From the NCBI GenBank assembly GCA_951406725.2, contig OX597828.1, forward strand, positions 56,482,001 through 56,546,000: DNA of 64,000 nucleotides, read 5' to 3'. The DNA comes from Octopus vulgaris (lineage: Eukaryota). Positions 38,915 through 52,707 of this stretch are shown piece after piece. The notes below the pieces were generated by a model. That model saw nothing but the letters and a program-made list of their open reading frames with translations. It did no database searches and was not told the origin of the DNA. How positions within the stretch are numbered: the stretch's first letter is position 1; each line of letters begins with the position of its first letter. Both the position numbers and the translations under genes were made by a program.

Positions 38915-39660
38915 ATGGGTACTGTTGATAAAATTCTATAAAAGCTTGTGGTATATGGATGTCCTGAATCCATTCGTCGTTCGTGTTATTAATAGATATG
39001 TGTTATTAATAAATACGACAAGTGCGTCCTTGAGTTCCTGCCAACGAATTTTGAACGAGGAATTGCGAATGAAAACACTTGCACAAAATTTGTGCCCCGA
39101 TTGCTCACGAAAGATTAAATGCAATCACAAATAAGTGCGTCTCGTGAACTGAAAGAACTGCTGGACCTATTCGAAGGTCATTGCTGGTGACGAAAGCTGG
39201 TGCTACCACTACGGCCCGGAAACGAGGCACCAATCAATTCAATGGAAGCGTTCGATATCACCACGCCCCACAAAAGCGTGTTAATTGACATCCAATGTCA
39301 AGAACATGCTGATTTGCTTTAACGATTCGTAAGAATTTAATTTGTTCATCCTGTTAAACTGTTAAGCTGACATTTTACTTGGCAGGTCTTATACCCTCGT
39401 CTTGCTCCCTGTGACTTTTTTCTTCCTGAGAATGGAAAAAAGTTCTTAAAATAAAACGTTTTAGGAATGTGGAAGACGTGAAAATAGAAAAAAAAACGAC
39501 GGAGGTGGTCAAGGGCATAGTTTCGCATTCAGGATTTCTTTGACAGCGGAAAACGCATCTGAAACGATTCATTTCCTCAAATGGAGAAGATTTTGAAGGC
39601 GACAAATATGTAAGCTCAAAATAATTTTACAAAATCCCGGTTTCTTTTGCGTACCCATTC
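38915..39660 (+). mobile_element. Decayed, internally deleted mariner
   Basis: AKFVPRLL-like, VIAGDESWCYHYGPET, LAPCDFF and SNGEDFEGD motifs. Confidence 0.8.
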
Positions 39661-42600
39661 CAATGTGTGTGCATGTATGTGTGTGTGTATGTATGTGTGT
39701 GTGTATGTGAAAAATGATGCGCTTCTTTAGACAGTAAAATTATGGATATCTTGAACTCTGCATCTTTTATAGATCTCCACATGTAGAGAGAAATACATAG
39801 ATTTCTAGACGAATAATTAGGATTTAAAAAACAAGTATTTAATTATCAATAATAACAATAAAACGTATTAATGATCGTCAATGTATTTTATTATTTCAAT
39901 GCCAACGTATTACCTTCATTCTAAAATATATTAATCAATTTCCGGTAACACATAAAATCGGAGTATATTTAGTTTCTATCGTATTTTGAATGATAGACTC
40001 CATATCGCTCTTCATTATTCGAGTCGTAAACGAATTTGCTCTTAGTCATTCTTTTTTTTCTTTTCATTTAATGATATTCTCAATTAGTTGTAGGAAATTA
40101 TACAGCGAGCAAACAATGTCATGCACATCAATGGAGAGAAAAACCTTTCAGCTGTGACTTGTTTCTCGTTTTAATTTCAGAAAAGTTATAATTTCAACAA
40201 GTTAGCGTAGAATATATATCGTATTTATTATGAGAAACAGTCACAGCAAATATACATCCATTTCCCAGGTATCTCGTGAATTACTTGCCAAATATCCTCT
40301 TACAATTTGGTGGGTTAGCTTTTTGAAGACTACATCTCTCTGATTAAGAAATGTTGACTATATACGAATCCCGTTCTTGGCAAGTTACAGACACAGTTTT
40401 ATATACTAAGGAATTGATTTCCAATGTTCTTTTGTAAAACAAAAATAAAATCCGGTTATTTTCCAGCCCATAAACCTTCATTGTGTAAGGTCTACTTTAG
40501 ATATGTTTTATGAGATTTTACTTACGCGGTTTAATTGAGAATAGTTTCATATTGCTTTGTCCTGTTCAAAGAGGATTATCGAAAATGCCAAAAGGAAGTT
40601 ATTGTTCCAATTTTTATATATTGTTTGAGCTCTGAGACGTACAATCTTAGTGGTGAATTCGAGCGAACAATATGTCTAAATTGAAATAAAATGAAGCACA
40701 AAAGTTGCCATTCATGAAAGGAATGGAAGATTAGACTTACATCTATTTATAATTTTAAAACATGCTATGATTGAATGTATATTATTCCACTCATAAATGT
40801 GTTACCATTTCCTAATAGATTGCAAATCTTTAACCTTGGCTATAAGATAATAAAACGTAAATATCCTGTTATTTCAAACATGAAGTTCTTATGTTATTTT
40901 GTAATGTATATTGGTAAATATAAGTAATAAAGTAGATTGACTGGCAACGCAGGCGGTTAGAGAAAACGAAATTCATTTGGCATTTAATATAACTGAAAGA
41001 TTACAATAGATACATTTATTCTTATAATTTAGCTTTACAACAGTTTCTATTTTTAATAACGTGTTCTTCCAGGGCACATAACATAAGAAAAGAATTATTG
41101 TATATCAAAATTTAAAATATAAAACATAGGAACCGACAGAAAATGTTTCACTTTATTAACAGTACAAATTTCGTCTGAAATATGACGCGAGATTTTCAAT
41201 GACAAGTGTGCCACACATGTATATAAACACTCTTTTACTCAGGCATATATGTGATAAGTGAATCAGTCTATACGTCTTTTGAATCATCTCACAAAATATG
41301 CTATCCGAGTATTGTGTTCTGTATATTATAATGCTAATTATGGGGATAATAATGTAACAAGATATAAAAATATATTCATAAAATATGTGAAGCTGATATC
41401 ACTGGTTATCAAATTCGTTACTGTTACGAGAAAGATTTCTCGTCGAAGAAATGAATATATCATTCTCTTACATAAAAAAAATATCAAAATCAACAATTTA
41501 GAAACCATGCATTATTCCTGTTAATCAGTAAATATATGACCGTTGGCGTAAATTCAGGGAAAATAATCTTCTGCAATGAAAGATCAACAATATCACTTTG
41601 CTTACTAAATTAGAATTAATATCATAAATAACAGCCAAACGTTTCATTTGATTTGGGGCAAACAATTTATCTGTATGTGGATTCAAAAGAACTGAGTACG
41701 ATATATGTGCCCAGAGATTTGAGAGTACTGATAACAACTATCTCCGTGCTCATGTATCAAATGTACATTGGTTGAAGACTGGATTTTATTCTGTCAAGGA
41801 TTACATTTCTAGAGAGCCTCCATACGTCGTAAGCTGCAGCTACAGTGTCAATTGAGACAAATATTTATGTACGTAGCGTAAATTGAACATTAACAACGCA
41901 TTACAAACTGGTTGATATTAAAGTCACTTAAAATATTTATCATTTCGTTTGCCCATATATGTTTATAGAGTGTTCCCTCAGTTATTATCCCACAGGAATA
42001 TTTTAGATCTCAACATTGCTAAAATATTTATACGCTAAAAATCTTCTTGATGTTCACATACACTCGAATTTGCTTAGTAAGAGTCTTTAAATTTTAAGCA
42101 ATTTTTCCGGTTGCTAACGTTCTGCAGTTGGCATCAGATTCCAAACGATATTGTTTCCGCTTTACAATTCAAATTGTTGATAGATTTTACAACCAGGTGT
42201 TTCTGTGGTTATTAAATTTTAGGAAAAGAAAATGACATATACGTTTTTGGATATAGAATTGACATAATACAATGCTTATATTCAAAAATTACAAAAGGCT
42301 CTCAAAAATTTATTAGATTTAATTATTTTCGAAATTCTATGATATCAAGAAATGATAAGCAAGCAGACATGCAAAGGATTTCATAAACAACTTATGAATA
42401 AATAGCAATCCATTTATTGATGAATACCGGTTTAATATGGTCTTGAAGTAATTAGGGAATTAGACCATTCGTGTCTAACTATATAAAGCAACACGTACTT
42501 TTTAGTTCTTAGAGTCAAATCTCCTCTATTAAGGTCTTTGTCAAAATTGTCCTTCTCAGCATTTCTTTCTCATTATATAAATATGGAAGTTATGTTGTGA

Positions 42601-43529
42601 AAAAATATTAAGTTATTGCATTTGAGCAGAAATTCATATTTTGTCAAATGCTGATTTTAGGTAAATCCGACACTGGCTTTTATTTTCTTATAATGTTATA
42701 AAATTTACCAAAGTGTTACAATGGACACTTGCGAGAATGTATGACTTGACACTTGTTATTGGTACTGAAGTATCATACTCACTTGGATGGAAGGTCGAAG
42801 TAAACTTTAGTGTTATTTTAATTTCGAATAAAACAAGACCTCACTGATGGTAAATATTAAGTTGTATGGTTTTATGTTACATTCCTACATCTCAACATAA
42901 ATATTTACTACATGACTTATGCCAATTACAGCAACTGTGATTATTGTATTTTTCACACTGGTTTCTATGACACAAATTCGAAAACATTCTCCTTGGTACA
43001 TGGTCGTTACGTATTGATTCGATTCTGAATGATTGAGAGCAAACGTCTATACCGACTTAGACAGGAGAAGATTAAATATTGCACGACAATATGTCCATAT
43101 ACATGATGTTGCCAGCGCGACACATTCACCAAAATTATTAATACTGATGTGGCTTCCTGGCTAGACGGCAAAGTATTTTGTTTAAAATACCTGTTTCTGT
43201 AATTAATAATTTCATAAATGTTTCATAAGCCATTTCCTACAATCACTGTGAACTCGTTCCAAGAAATAAACAGAAACATATTCAACAATAAAAAACAAAG
43301 AATGTTTCGGCATAATCCATAAGCACATTATCAATATAAAAAGATATAAAATATTGAACTAAATTATATAAAGGTAATTTAATCGAGAGAATAAAACAGT
43401 GTCAGACCGGTCACCAAAGGAGACTATATCAGTTAAAGTTCAATACATTATGTAAATGGGATTTGATATAGCGATAAAAAGATTAAAAGAATATTCACGA
43501 AATCATTTATAAATGTCAAAAATACGGAG

Positions 43530-43610
<81 letters not shown>

Positions 43611-44066
43611 TATACGTGTGTGTCTACGTGTGTGTGAAGAGAGGGGACAAAAGAGAGTGAGTTTATTTTAAAGAATTCCGTGTGTATGGTATCAATTTAG
43701 ATACTATTTTTTTGTAGTTTGATACTATCTCTTTCGAATTTCTTCGAGACAGCCATTAAAGTGATTTTATATTTCCTTTAAAAGTAACGATCGTAAAGTA
43801 CTTTCTTTCGCATTTTACATTAAACAACACATGGAAAAGAATCCTTTGTCCACTTGCATGAACTAACTTTCCCATACTTATTTATTCATTCTCTGTAAAT
43901 ATCTCCATAATTCAGTGAATCTGATTCAATGCATAAACATTCGTATGTTTACCTCGGAGGGATGAATATTGATTTCATGTTTCAGGTTATAATGGAGCCA
44001 TTAGATATATTGGATAAGGTATGAACACAATAATTGTTCTATATCGTGTAACATTTCTGTTCTAAT

Positions 44067-45053
44067 TTATACTGTCGTTTCGTCCGTTGGAACAGCGATT
44101 ACCCGTGTTTTACTCGATTGGCACGACAGATTTCTGCACAAAGACTTGAGACAATTAACAAACGCTTGCCGATAACTCGATGACAAAAATACATATACTA
44201 TCGGCTTCATTGCAAAATAAGCAGTGAAAAGTTGTTGGAAAATATTGAATAATGAAATTATTTTTTTATTGTACCCTGTTCCAATGAAGTTGAAGAATTG
44301 TGAAACAATATTTGGGAAAATAAAAATGTAGTATAAAATGGTCAGAGCTACAACAAGCCGGTATTCCTCTGTCCCATTAGTTATGCTTTGGTTATTGCTT
44401 GTATCTGTTGAGTAAAGAGGTAAGCGTACGCAACGCAGAAGCAACATAATATGGAAAATGACAAAAACTGCCGATGGACATATGGACATGAAAAATGCAT
44501 CAAGTATATATATTAATTTCATTGCTGACTGAGTTCCTGTAATTATTGTACACATTTTTATACCGTTATATTCATTTGTCCCGAAAGTCCAGGTTTTATA
44601 TAAGTATCCTGTAAATGCGAAAATAGTTATTCCGACAAAACACAGAGTAACCATTCCAGAAGAACGCATAGAATGATATTTATTTGGGGCAAGAGAGGAA
44701 AAAATTATTAAAAACACAATCCACGCCAAATACCAGAAGGAAAGGAATGCAAAGTAATGACTGCAAAACACTTGAATTTGGCACAAGCCCGGGGCTTCAT
44801 AGATATCCACAGATAAGGATTCGATCCATGTTAGGAAAAGACAAAATAAGTATATTGTATCGACAATAGCGATGGCCATCAACAACGGAGCAATTTTACT
44901 TTCCTTACTGTGAAATTTTTTGAACAATATGGCGGTTAATGTGTTGGTCGTCATGCCAAATATGATCGTAGAAGGCAAGAAATACTGTCGCAGAAAGAAG
45001 CTGATTTTCGCAAACTCGTCGAGTTCCATTGCATGTGTAGCTGAGAAATTCAT
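44067..45053 (-). CDS. Class A (rhodopsin-like) G protein-coupled receptor, peptide-receptor-like orphan, 328 aa, intron-free CDS
   Basis: Seven hydrophobic segments, N-terminal NFS sequon, GxxxN in TM1, AIAIVD in TM2, Cys at the top of TM3 (GLCQ) and in ECL2 (KMCT), TM5 Pro, TM6 FP, TM7 KPIVY, helix 8 (SSSYRQAF) with C-terminal Cys. Intact ORF. Confidence 0.9.
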   Translation of the reverse strand: MNFSATHAMELDEFAKISFFLRQYFLPSTIIFGMTTNTLTAILFKKFHSKESKIAPLLMAIAIVDTIYLFCLFLTWIESLSVDIYEAPGLCQIQVFCSHYFAFLSFWYLAWIVFLIIFSSLAPNKYHSMRSSGMVTLCFVGITIFAFTGYLYKTWTFGTNEYNGIKMCTIITGTQSAMKLIYILDAFFMSICPSAVFVIFHIMLLLRCVRLPLYSTDTSNNQSITNGTEEYRLVVALTILYYIFIFPNIVSQFFNFIGTGYNKKIISLFNIFQQLFTAYFAMKPIVYVFLSSSYRQAFVNCLKSLCRNLSCQSSKTRVIAVPTDETTV

Positions 45054-45089
45054 TGCGGTTTGGTGGTTGAATATTCATTAATGAGTCAA

Positions 45090-45120
45090 CTATAAATAGA
45101 TAAAAGAAAAGAAAAAAAAC
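45090..45120 (-). promoter_or_regulatory. Putative splice acceptor of a 5'-UTR intron of the GPCR
   Basis: Minus strand TTTTTTTTCTTTTCTTTTATCTATTTATAG, 36 nt upstream of the ATG. Confidence 0.6.
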
Positions 45121-46029
45121 ATTTGTGAGTTACATAAATATAATATATATTGGTGAACATTAAATTAAATTATATCTCTTTTTACTAGGCAAATAATGGA
45201 AATTTAAAATTCACATATGTGCGGCAAATAAAGTTAAAATATGGTCTGGTTTTCACGTTTTTTGTTATGGTATTTTACATTGAAACAAATGTTTTGTAAT
45301 GTTCATATAGTTCAAATCGTAAGTACGTAGTAATAAACAGATTTCCGAATGAATTTAACAGACAGTCGAGTTCTTGACAACTATAGTACCTCATACAACG
45401 CTCCAACAAGCTGAATTTTTTTTCATACGGTTTTAACCAATACTCATGCAGCTTAAACGTCACTGTTATCCTGTAATTTGCTTATATTAATATATTAACG
45501 ATTTTTAAAAAAATTTCCATCATTAATTGATTGTTAGATTATTGTTAGTATTTCCGCACGGAACAGGTTTGAACTATTTAATAAACCGTTTTTCTTTTAT
45601 CTTTCTTCCAAACTCACATGTGTCACGAAGTTTGTGTAAAGGTAAAATTAAAAACATTTTTTGACCACATGTCTCTATATCTTTGGTCAATTAAACTGGC
45701 GAACATTTATGTTCCAAATTCGTTGTCTGTGAACTCGAGAGCATTCCGGAAATGCATTCCTGTCTCGTCTATATAGTTCCTCCCAATACTGCATTTGATG
45801 CAGTACATCTAATTTCTTCTTTTGCAGTTCATATCTTCATTTGCCAAAATTTGTCCATTTTTTTGTTCTAATGCATCTAAGAGTATGCATGTATTGTCGC
45901 GTTCCACATCTGTTACCATTAACTGTGGATACTGTGAATGATTTATCCTGGCTGTTCATCTCTAATTTTGCCTTAGTTAAAAATTTCGTTGTTAATAGCT
46001 TCCTCTCCACACACTACATGGCACAAGTG

Positions 46030-46976
46030 ATGTTGGAAGAAAGATAACCTGACCATGTTTTAATATCCTCGAAAAAAAACAACCTTTCCAACGGAAAAAT
46101 AAAACAACCTCCAAATAGTGGTACAGCTTTGGGAACGCGATTTGCTCCAGTCTTCGCGAACTCAGTATTAGGATAATTGGAACAAAACCCATATAAATAA
46201 TGTGAAGAGAACTACGCCATGAATTTTAATAGACATATAGAAAAAATAGCTCGATGATTATTTCCTAATTTGCACCAAATCCCTAGAATATTTGGAAGTA
46301 TTCAGCACCCTCCTTAACAGTCTATAACCTATCTCAAATTCACATGAGAAATGGGCAGCACATAATTACCCTTTCTTGATATAATGGTAATTTAAAACAG
46401 CACCACAACCACACCTGAATTTCAAATCAAGCCATACAGCACACACAAAACACGACATCCCTAACTGTCTAGTCAAGAAAATTTGTACTAAAGTCGATGA
46501 AAGTATTTCTGCTCCAGCAAAATTACACTTTCCTAATTATAGAAAATATCATACAAGAGTTAACTACAGAACAACTTAGGGCAACCCCAAAAAGACGAAC
46601 CCATTAATGCAATACAATGCCGTTACTAGTAACACACAATCCGCATCACCAACACATTTTTAACATCATCAAAAATTTGCAAATCATAAAACAGTGTGAG
46701 AAATTGAAAAGCGCAATAACTAATCAAAGACTTATATTAAGCAGAAGGCAACCAGCTAACCTAAAGACATTATTAACAAAGGCAACATCCCGCATGAACA
46801 AACAGGAGTAAACATTTACAGTATCTAAAGGTGATGATAACAGATTTGGAACGTGTCAATACGTGCTGAGTAGATCCATTAGAACGAAGAATAGACAGGT
46901 TTGAGCTAATGCAGATATGAAATTCAAAAGCAGATATTTGAGGTACTGCATTAAATGTCCAAATTGCATGGAATTG

Positions 46977-47048
<72 letters not shown>

Positions 47049-47620
47049 AGACAGGGAAAGCATAATCGGAACGCTCACGAGTCCACCGCCAACAAATCCG
47101 AAAGAAGAATGTTCGCCAAATATCATTAATCGAACATATACAAACATGTTTCTAATTTTTCCTTTCCACAAACTACATGACACAAGTGAGTTTCGAAGAA
47201 AGACAAAAGAGAAAAAAAACGGTTTATTAAAATGTTCACACAAGTTCTGAACGGAAACAACAACAAACATACGGCAATAAGTTAATGATGTGGCTTGCAA
47301 AATATCTTTAACATATGACTATAAACATATCATAGAATATTTGTACACCCGGCAAACCATGATGTTTAAACTACATGGGGATTGGTCAAATCGTTATTCG
47401 AAACAGCTTGTTGGAGCGATCTAACAAGTACTATAGTTGTCATCAACTCAAGTGTTAGTTAAATACATTTTGAAATTTGATGATTAATTCGAACGTATAA
47501 AAAACGCTAATTGAACTTTATGAATGTTACAAAATATTTTCAATGCTAAAATACCATAATATACGTAAAACCCAGACCATATATTTTAACTTTATTAAAC
47601 TTATATATTATTCTATACAC
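46030..47620 (+). mobile_element. Decayed Penelope-like element (RT plus GIY-YIG)
   Basis: GTALGTRFAPVFANS, LDDYFLI, LPFLDIMV, PLLVTHNP...SRRQPANLKTLLTKA, RYCIKCPNCMELYI. (TA)n inserted at ~46977-47044. Confidence 0.8.
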
Positions 47621-47709
47621 GTTCATACAAATAAAGAATAAAAATTATAGATGTATACACACACACATATATGTGTGTATGTAAATATATATGCATGCAT
47701 GTGTGTATA

Positions 47710-47743
<34 letters not shown>

Positions 47744-47853
47744 TATATATGTATATACGTATATATGTATATATAAATATACATATACACATACATATTT
47801 ATGCACATATAGTATATATATATATATACATAAATGCATTTATATACGTATGT

Positions 47854-47899
<46 letters not shown>

Positions 47900-48683
47900 G
47901 CATATACCCACAAACCTACGCACGTACACGTACACGTACACACACACGCATACACGCATATCAGATGTGCAACAGTATTAATGACAAACGGATTTTCACA
48001 AAGAACTTGTGAATGAAATAACGTTACTGAATTAATCTTTCTTCATATGTCAATCACACCCACGTCGACGTTTACACCATCTTCAAGAATGTAAATATAT
48101 ATTTAAATACTTATCTAAGTAAATATAAACGGATTGGCATTTACTGGTATTAGGACTATGGCAGTAGCAACTTAATTGCTTACCCAGTATTGTAAATGTT
48201 CTGTTTTGTAGTTGTAAACTATCTATTTCAGCAAAGAATGAAAACTACATCAGAGATTAGCATAATAAGTATTATTGGATTCCACACCATTATTTCCGAA
48301 CTATCTGCAAGCAAATGATGACGTTTTCTGAAGTAAAAATGAATAATTTATAGAGTCAGTACAGGCATACAAAAAAATATACATATTTAGATAGTACGAA
48401 AGAACCACCTGAAAATATTTTGTTTTCAATGCGTATGTTTGTAATGAGTATACTAAAATCTGTTATCTTTCTCCATGAACATTCCTGAAAATCCAGCTTT
48501 CTCAAGATAGGTACCATAATATTTGATTATTTTGAATTTAATAGCAATCGCTTTATAAGTGAACATAGATCAGAATTGTGTAACAATCTTCATAATGTTA
48601 TCGCTATCAGTTACACTACTGAGAATGGGTAAGTTCACGATCAATATACCTGAATCAAGAGTCATGAAATATCCGTAATATTC

Positions 48684-48892
48684 TTCTCTACACTAGGCAA
48701 AAGGGCCGAAATTCTGGGGATGGGGGTCAGTCGATTAGACCAACCCCAGTGCACAACTGGTACTTAAATTATCGATCCCGAAAGGCTGAAAGGCACAGTC
48801 GACTTCGGCGGAATATCATCTCAGAACGTAAAGGCAGACGTAAGATCGGTGAGCATTTCGCCGGCGTGCTAACGTTTCTGCCAGATCACTGC
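48684..48892 (-). mobile_element. SINE family A copy
   Basis: Reverse complement has CTGGCAGAAACGTTAGCACGCCGGCGAAATGC...AAGTACCAGTTG. Confidence 0.85.
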
Positions 48893-49269
48893 CTCGAAAT
48901 ATGCGTAATATTGATCACTCAACTACTATATTACATAATATATTCTCATGTCCCAGACTCCTGGATCTTTTCAACGGCAGATAGAGAAAATAATTTTTTA
49001 TAACTAAACATTTTCGAACTTCGGACACTGGTAGAATGTGTCATATAAAACATCTTTTACTCTTAGCGTTTTTTAGAACATTTTATATTTACGAAGTTAT
49101 TTCGTGTTAAAGTTGTTGTATTTCGGTAATTTCAACGAATCAATGACGTGTATTCAGCTGAATATACACTCTGGCGGTGTATATTTCGTTTGTCACTGTT
49201 ATTTATGACATATTTCATCTTAGTTACGTTTGTATGAATAAACGAGTGTATTTGAAGCATGTTTACTTC

Positions 49270-49600
49270 ATGAAAGAATGCTCAATAATTCATTTTTGCA
49301 ACTGGCTCCAAAGCAAATATATGCAATACATAATAACATGCACATATTGGATTCTTTAGAATAATTAAGCAAAAGATTTAATGGGCACAGATTCGGCGTC
49401 AGGCACAATAGCAGTTCTGCGACAGATCCTGCTGAACATTTCGTTTCCAACGGCTACAATTTCGAAAAAGACTTTAAAGTGTATATTCTCAGAAAATATT
49501 CTGAATCCGCTTCTCTCTCACTTTTCAGAATGCACCAGGAGAAATATGTTTGTGGGTTATTAACATCACGCCCTGGAGGAATGAATAAAATGACAGGAGA
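49270..49600 (+). mobile_element. GIY-YIG (Penelope-like) C-terminal remnant
   Basis: LSKRFNGHRF...AEHF...DFKVYIL...LLTSRPGGMNK. Confidence 0.55.
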
Positions 49601-49769
49601 ATATCATCAAACTTATACAAAACTGTTTCATTAAATATTCATCTTTTTCTTTACATTTTCTTCCGTCTTTCTTTCTGTCTTTTTTCTCTTTTTCTTTTCG
49701 CCTGTTATAACATTGAAACTTAAAGACTGATTATGACATTCCATCAACGTGTTGGCGTTGGTTGCTCAC

Positions 49770-50208
49770 TAGGCACATGCTTCACAAACATATGTACGTG
49801 ACCTGGTGATCTCATATTAAGATAAACAGCACATGACCTTGCAGGTGGGGCCCAGTTAGAATATTCTTCTAGTCGAATTACCTATCCCTCTGAAGCGGTC
49901 CCTGAATAAGGGTTGTTTAAGGATGCTGAATGAAACACATGTTTCCAGAGGTGAATTATTTAAACCCCAAAGAAACCCTCTCAACACATGGCTATGATGC
50001 TCCCCCACTACTTCTGCTCGTGATCAGAGATGCAGATATCGTCAGCCACTAAGGGACAACCTCAAGTTTTTAAGGTCAAACAACTGACAAGCAAATCTGT
50101 GGTATTGAGCAGAATATTTGTTGTAGCCCATCTTTTATACCAAGACAAAACAATGTACATGATAACACTTCCAATCAGTTAAGATCACTGCCTGGTACTG
50201 CATCAGGG

Positions 50209-50210
<2 letters not shown>
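49770..50210. mobile_element. Partial copy of the ~550-bp (TAA)n-associated repeat
   Basis: Homologous to 51846-52290 and 1-206. Ends GCATCAGGGC directly before (TTA)n. Confidence 0.85.
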
Positions 50211-50278
<68 letters not shown>

Positions 50279-50301
50279 GTTAATTTTATTATTATTTTTA
50301 T

Positions 50302-50334
<33 letters not shown>

Positions 50335-50396
50335 TATTATTATTATCATTATTATTATTATTACTATTATTACTATTATTATTATTATTATTATTC

Positions 50397-51660
50397 AGTA
50401 GTTTTATTTTTATAGCGTGCTTTCACTTCACTACCGAGCGCAGCTCTGTGTACCTAGGGTATGTGCTGTGATTTGTTGTGATGCTCTGATGGTTATTGTA
50501 TGGAAAGTGTTCTGCGTAGGATGTGTGCAGTGCCTAGTAGTGCAATTTTCTGTATGTTATATGTGTTTGTAAGTCCTGGTGTTTTTGTTATGTATTTGTC
50601 TGAATATTTTTTTATCATGCCTAATGCACCTACTATGATAGGAATTGTTTCTGTTTTCAGATTCCACATTCTAGTTACCTCTATTTCCAGGTCTTTGTAT
50701 TTTGAGAGTTTCTCCATTTCTTTTAGAGACACGTTGTCATCTGCCGGTATTGATACATCAATTAGAAAGCATTTTTTTCTTCATGATCTCTGACGACTAT
50801 ATCTGGTCTGTTGGCCTTCATTTCTCTATCTGTGTGTATCGGCATATCCCAGAGTATGGTTGCTTTCTCGTTTTCTGTGACCTTTTCTGGTGTGTGCCTA
50901 TACCATCTTTTTTCTGTTGTTATTCCATAATGTTGGCATAGCTTCCAATGTATGTAGGTTCCAACTCTGTCATGTCTGTGAATATATTCCTTCTTAGCCA
51001 GGACTGGGCAGCTAGAGATAATATGATTTATTGTTTCTTGTCCATCTCCACATATTCTGCAGTTACTTGTAATATTTCTTTTCATTACATGTTTTTGGTA
51101 ATTTCTGGTGGGGAGGCTTTGGTCTTGTGCTGCAATTAAAAATCCCTCTGTTTCTGCTTTGAGTCCTGAGCTTCTCAACCATTACTGGGATTTTTCTTTG
51201 TCTATTTCTTTTGCGTTTAGTTTAGTCCAGTATTTACCATGAAGGGGCTTTTCTTGTCATCGTTTTATCATGGTTCGTTGCTGTTCTATTTTTAGTTTGG
51301 ATTTCATTTGTTTTATAGCTTTTATTGTTTCTTCATCTTCTTCTTCTTCTTCATGTTTATTAGGTGGTATGATTTCTTGTTTGTATTTGTCAGCTTCCTT
51401 AAATACTGAGAACAGTTTTTTGTTTTGCTCGTGTTTTGCTGCTATCTGGATCAGTTTTCCTTCCTTCTGAAGTAGATATTTTTGCAGTCCTATGGTGGTT
51501 ATTTTATAGTAGTTTTCCAGCTGTATAAGGCCTCTACCACCTTCTATACGTTGTATATATAGTCTTTCTATGTCAGAGTTTGGGTGATGCATCCTAGATC
51601 CTGTCATTATTTTTCTTGTTTTCCTATCTATTTTGGACAGTTCATTTCGTGTCCAAAATA
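50397..51660 (-). mobile_element. 5'-truncated R4/Dong-clade non-LTR retrotransposon (restriction-like endonuclease), inserted in (TAA)n
   Basis: ERLYIQRIEGGRGL, AAQDQ, CCHC finger CRICG...ETINHIISSC, RHDRV, RPDIV, EKLSKYKDL, PIIVGALG. Two stops and a frameshift; ~95-nt 3' UTR; (TTA)n on both sides. Confidence 0.9.
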
Positions 51661-51661
51661 G

Positions 51662-51722
<61 letters not shown>

Positions 51723-51744
51723 TTATTATTATCATTATTATCAT

Positions 51745-52289
51745 AATTGAGTGACAAAGCAGCGCCTGCCTGCAAATTAACACTGAAGTATTATTGTACG
51801 AACTCCAATATACATATCCTGATTACTCGTCTGATACGGGTACTCCAGGCACATGCATCATATGTGCGCGACATCGTGATCTCATTCAAGATAAACATTG
51901 CTTGACCTTGCAGGTGGGGTGCAGTTAGACATTTCGCCAGGCCGAGCATCCCATCCCACTCAAACGTTCCGTGAATATATTTTGATGATAAGGAACAAAA
52001 CACCCGCGTTGCAGAAGCAAATTACTCAAACCCGAAATAATTCCTCTCTACACATGGCTATGATGCTCCCCCGCTACTTCTGCCCGTGATCAGAAAGGCA
52101 CATATTGTCAGTCACTAAGGGGCATGCTCAACTGGTTAAAATCACAGAACTGAGAAGCAAGTAGATGGTACTGAACAGAATATTTGCTGTAGCCCACCTT
52201 TTACATCAAGAGAAAATAATGTATATTAATACACTTCCAATCACTTACGTCCAAAGCCATGAGAGCCACTGCTTGGTATTGCATCAGGG

Positions 52290-52290
<1 letters not shown>
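51745..52290. mobile_element. Apparently complete, diverged copy of the ~550-bp (TAA)n-associated repeat
   Basis: Bounded on both sides by (TTA)n (51662-51744 and 52293-52360). Homologous to 49770-50210 and 1-206. Confidence 0.85.
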
Positions 52291-52361
<71 letters not shown>

Positions 52362-52707
52362 TTGCTGCTGTTGTTGTTTTTGTTGTAAGCAATAATATTA
52401 ATATGGTAACATTTTGTTTTTGTACGTAACTTTTGTGCGCATCACACTTACTTCAAAGAAGTGGCAACGCAAGAGAGAGGAGGACAGAGAGAAAAGGAGA
52501 GTGAGAGAGAAAGTGAGAGAGTGAGAGAGTGACATAGCAAGAGAGAGAGAGAGAGAGAGAGTGAAAGAGACGTTGAGTGGTGACGGCGTTCATCGCAAGA
52601 GAAGTAGATACATAGATAATATACTCATCATTAAATCAAAAGCGGGAGAGAGGAGGGACAGAAAGGAAGTGAAAGAGAAAGAGAGAATGTGAGAGAGACA
52701 CTAGATA

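Noticed and set aside
47365-47420. Degenerate hammerhead at the end of the 46-47.6 kb Penelope remnant
   Set aside because: Core and stems too mutated to call, although the position fits.
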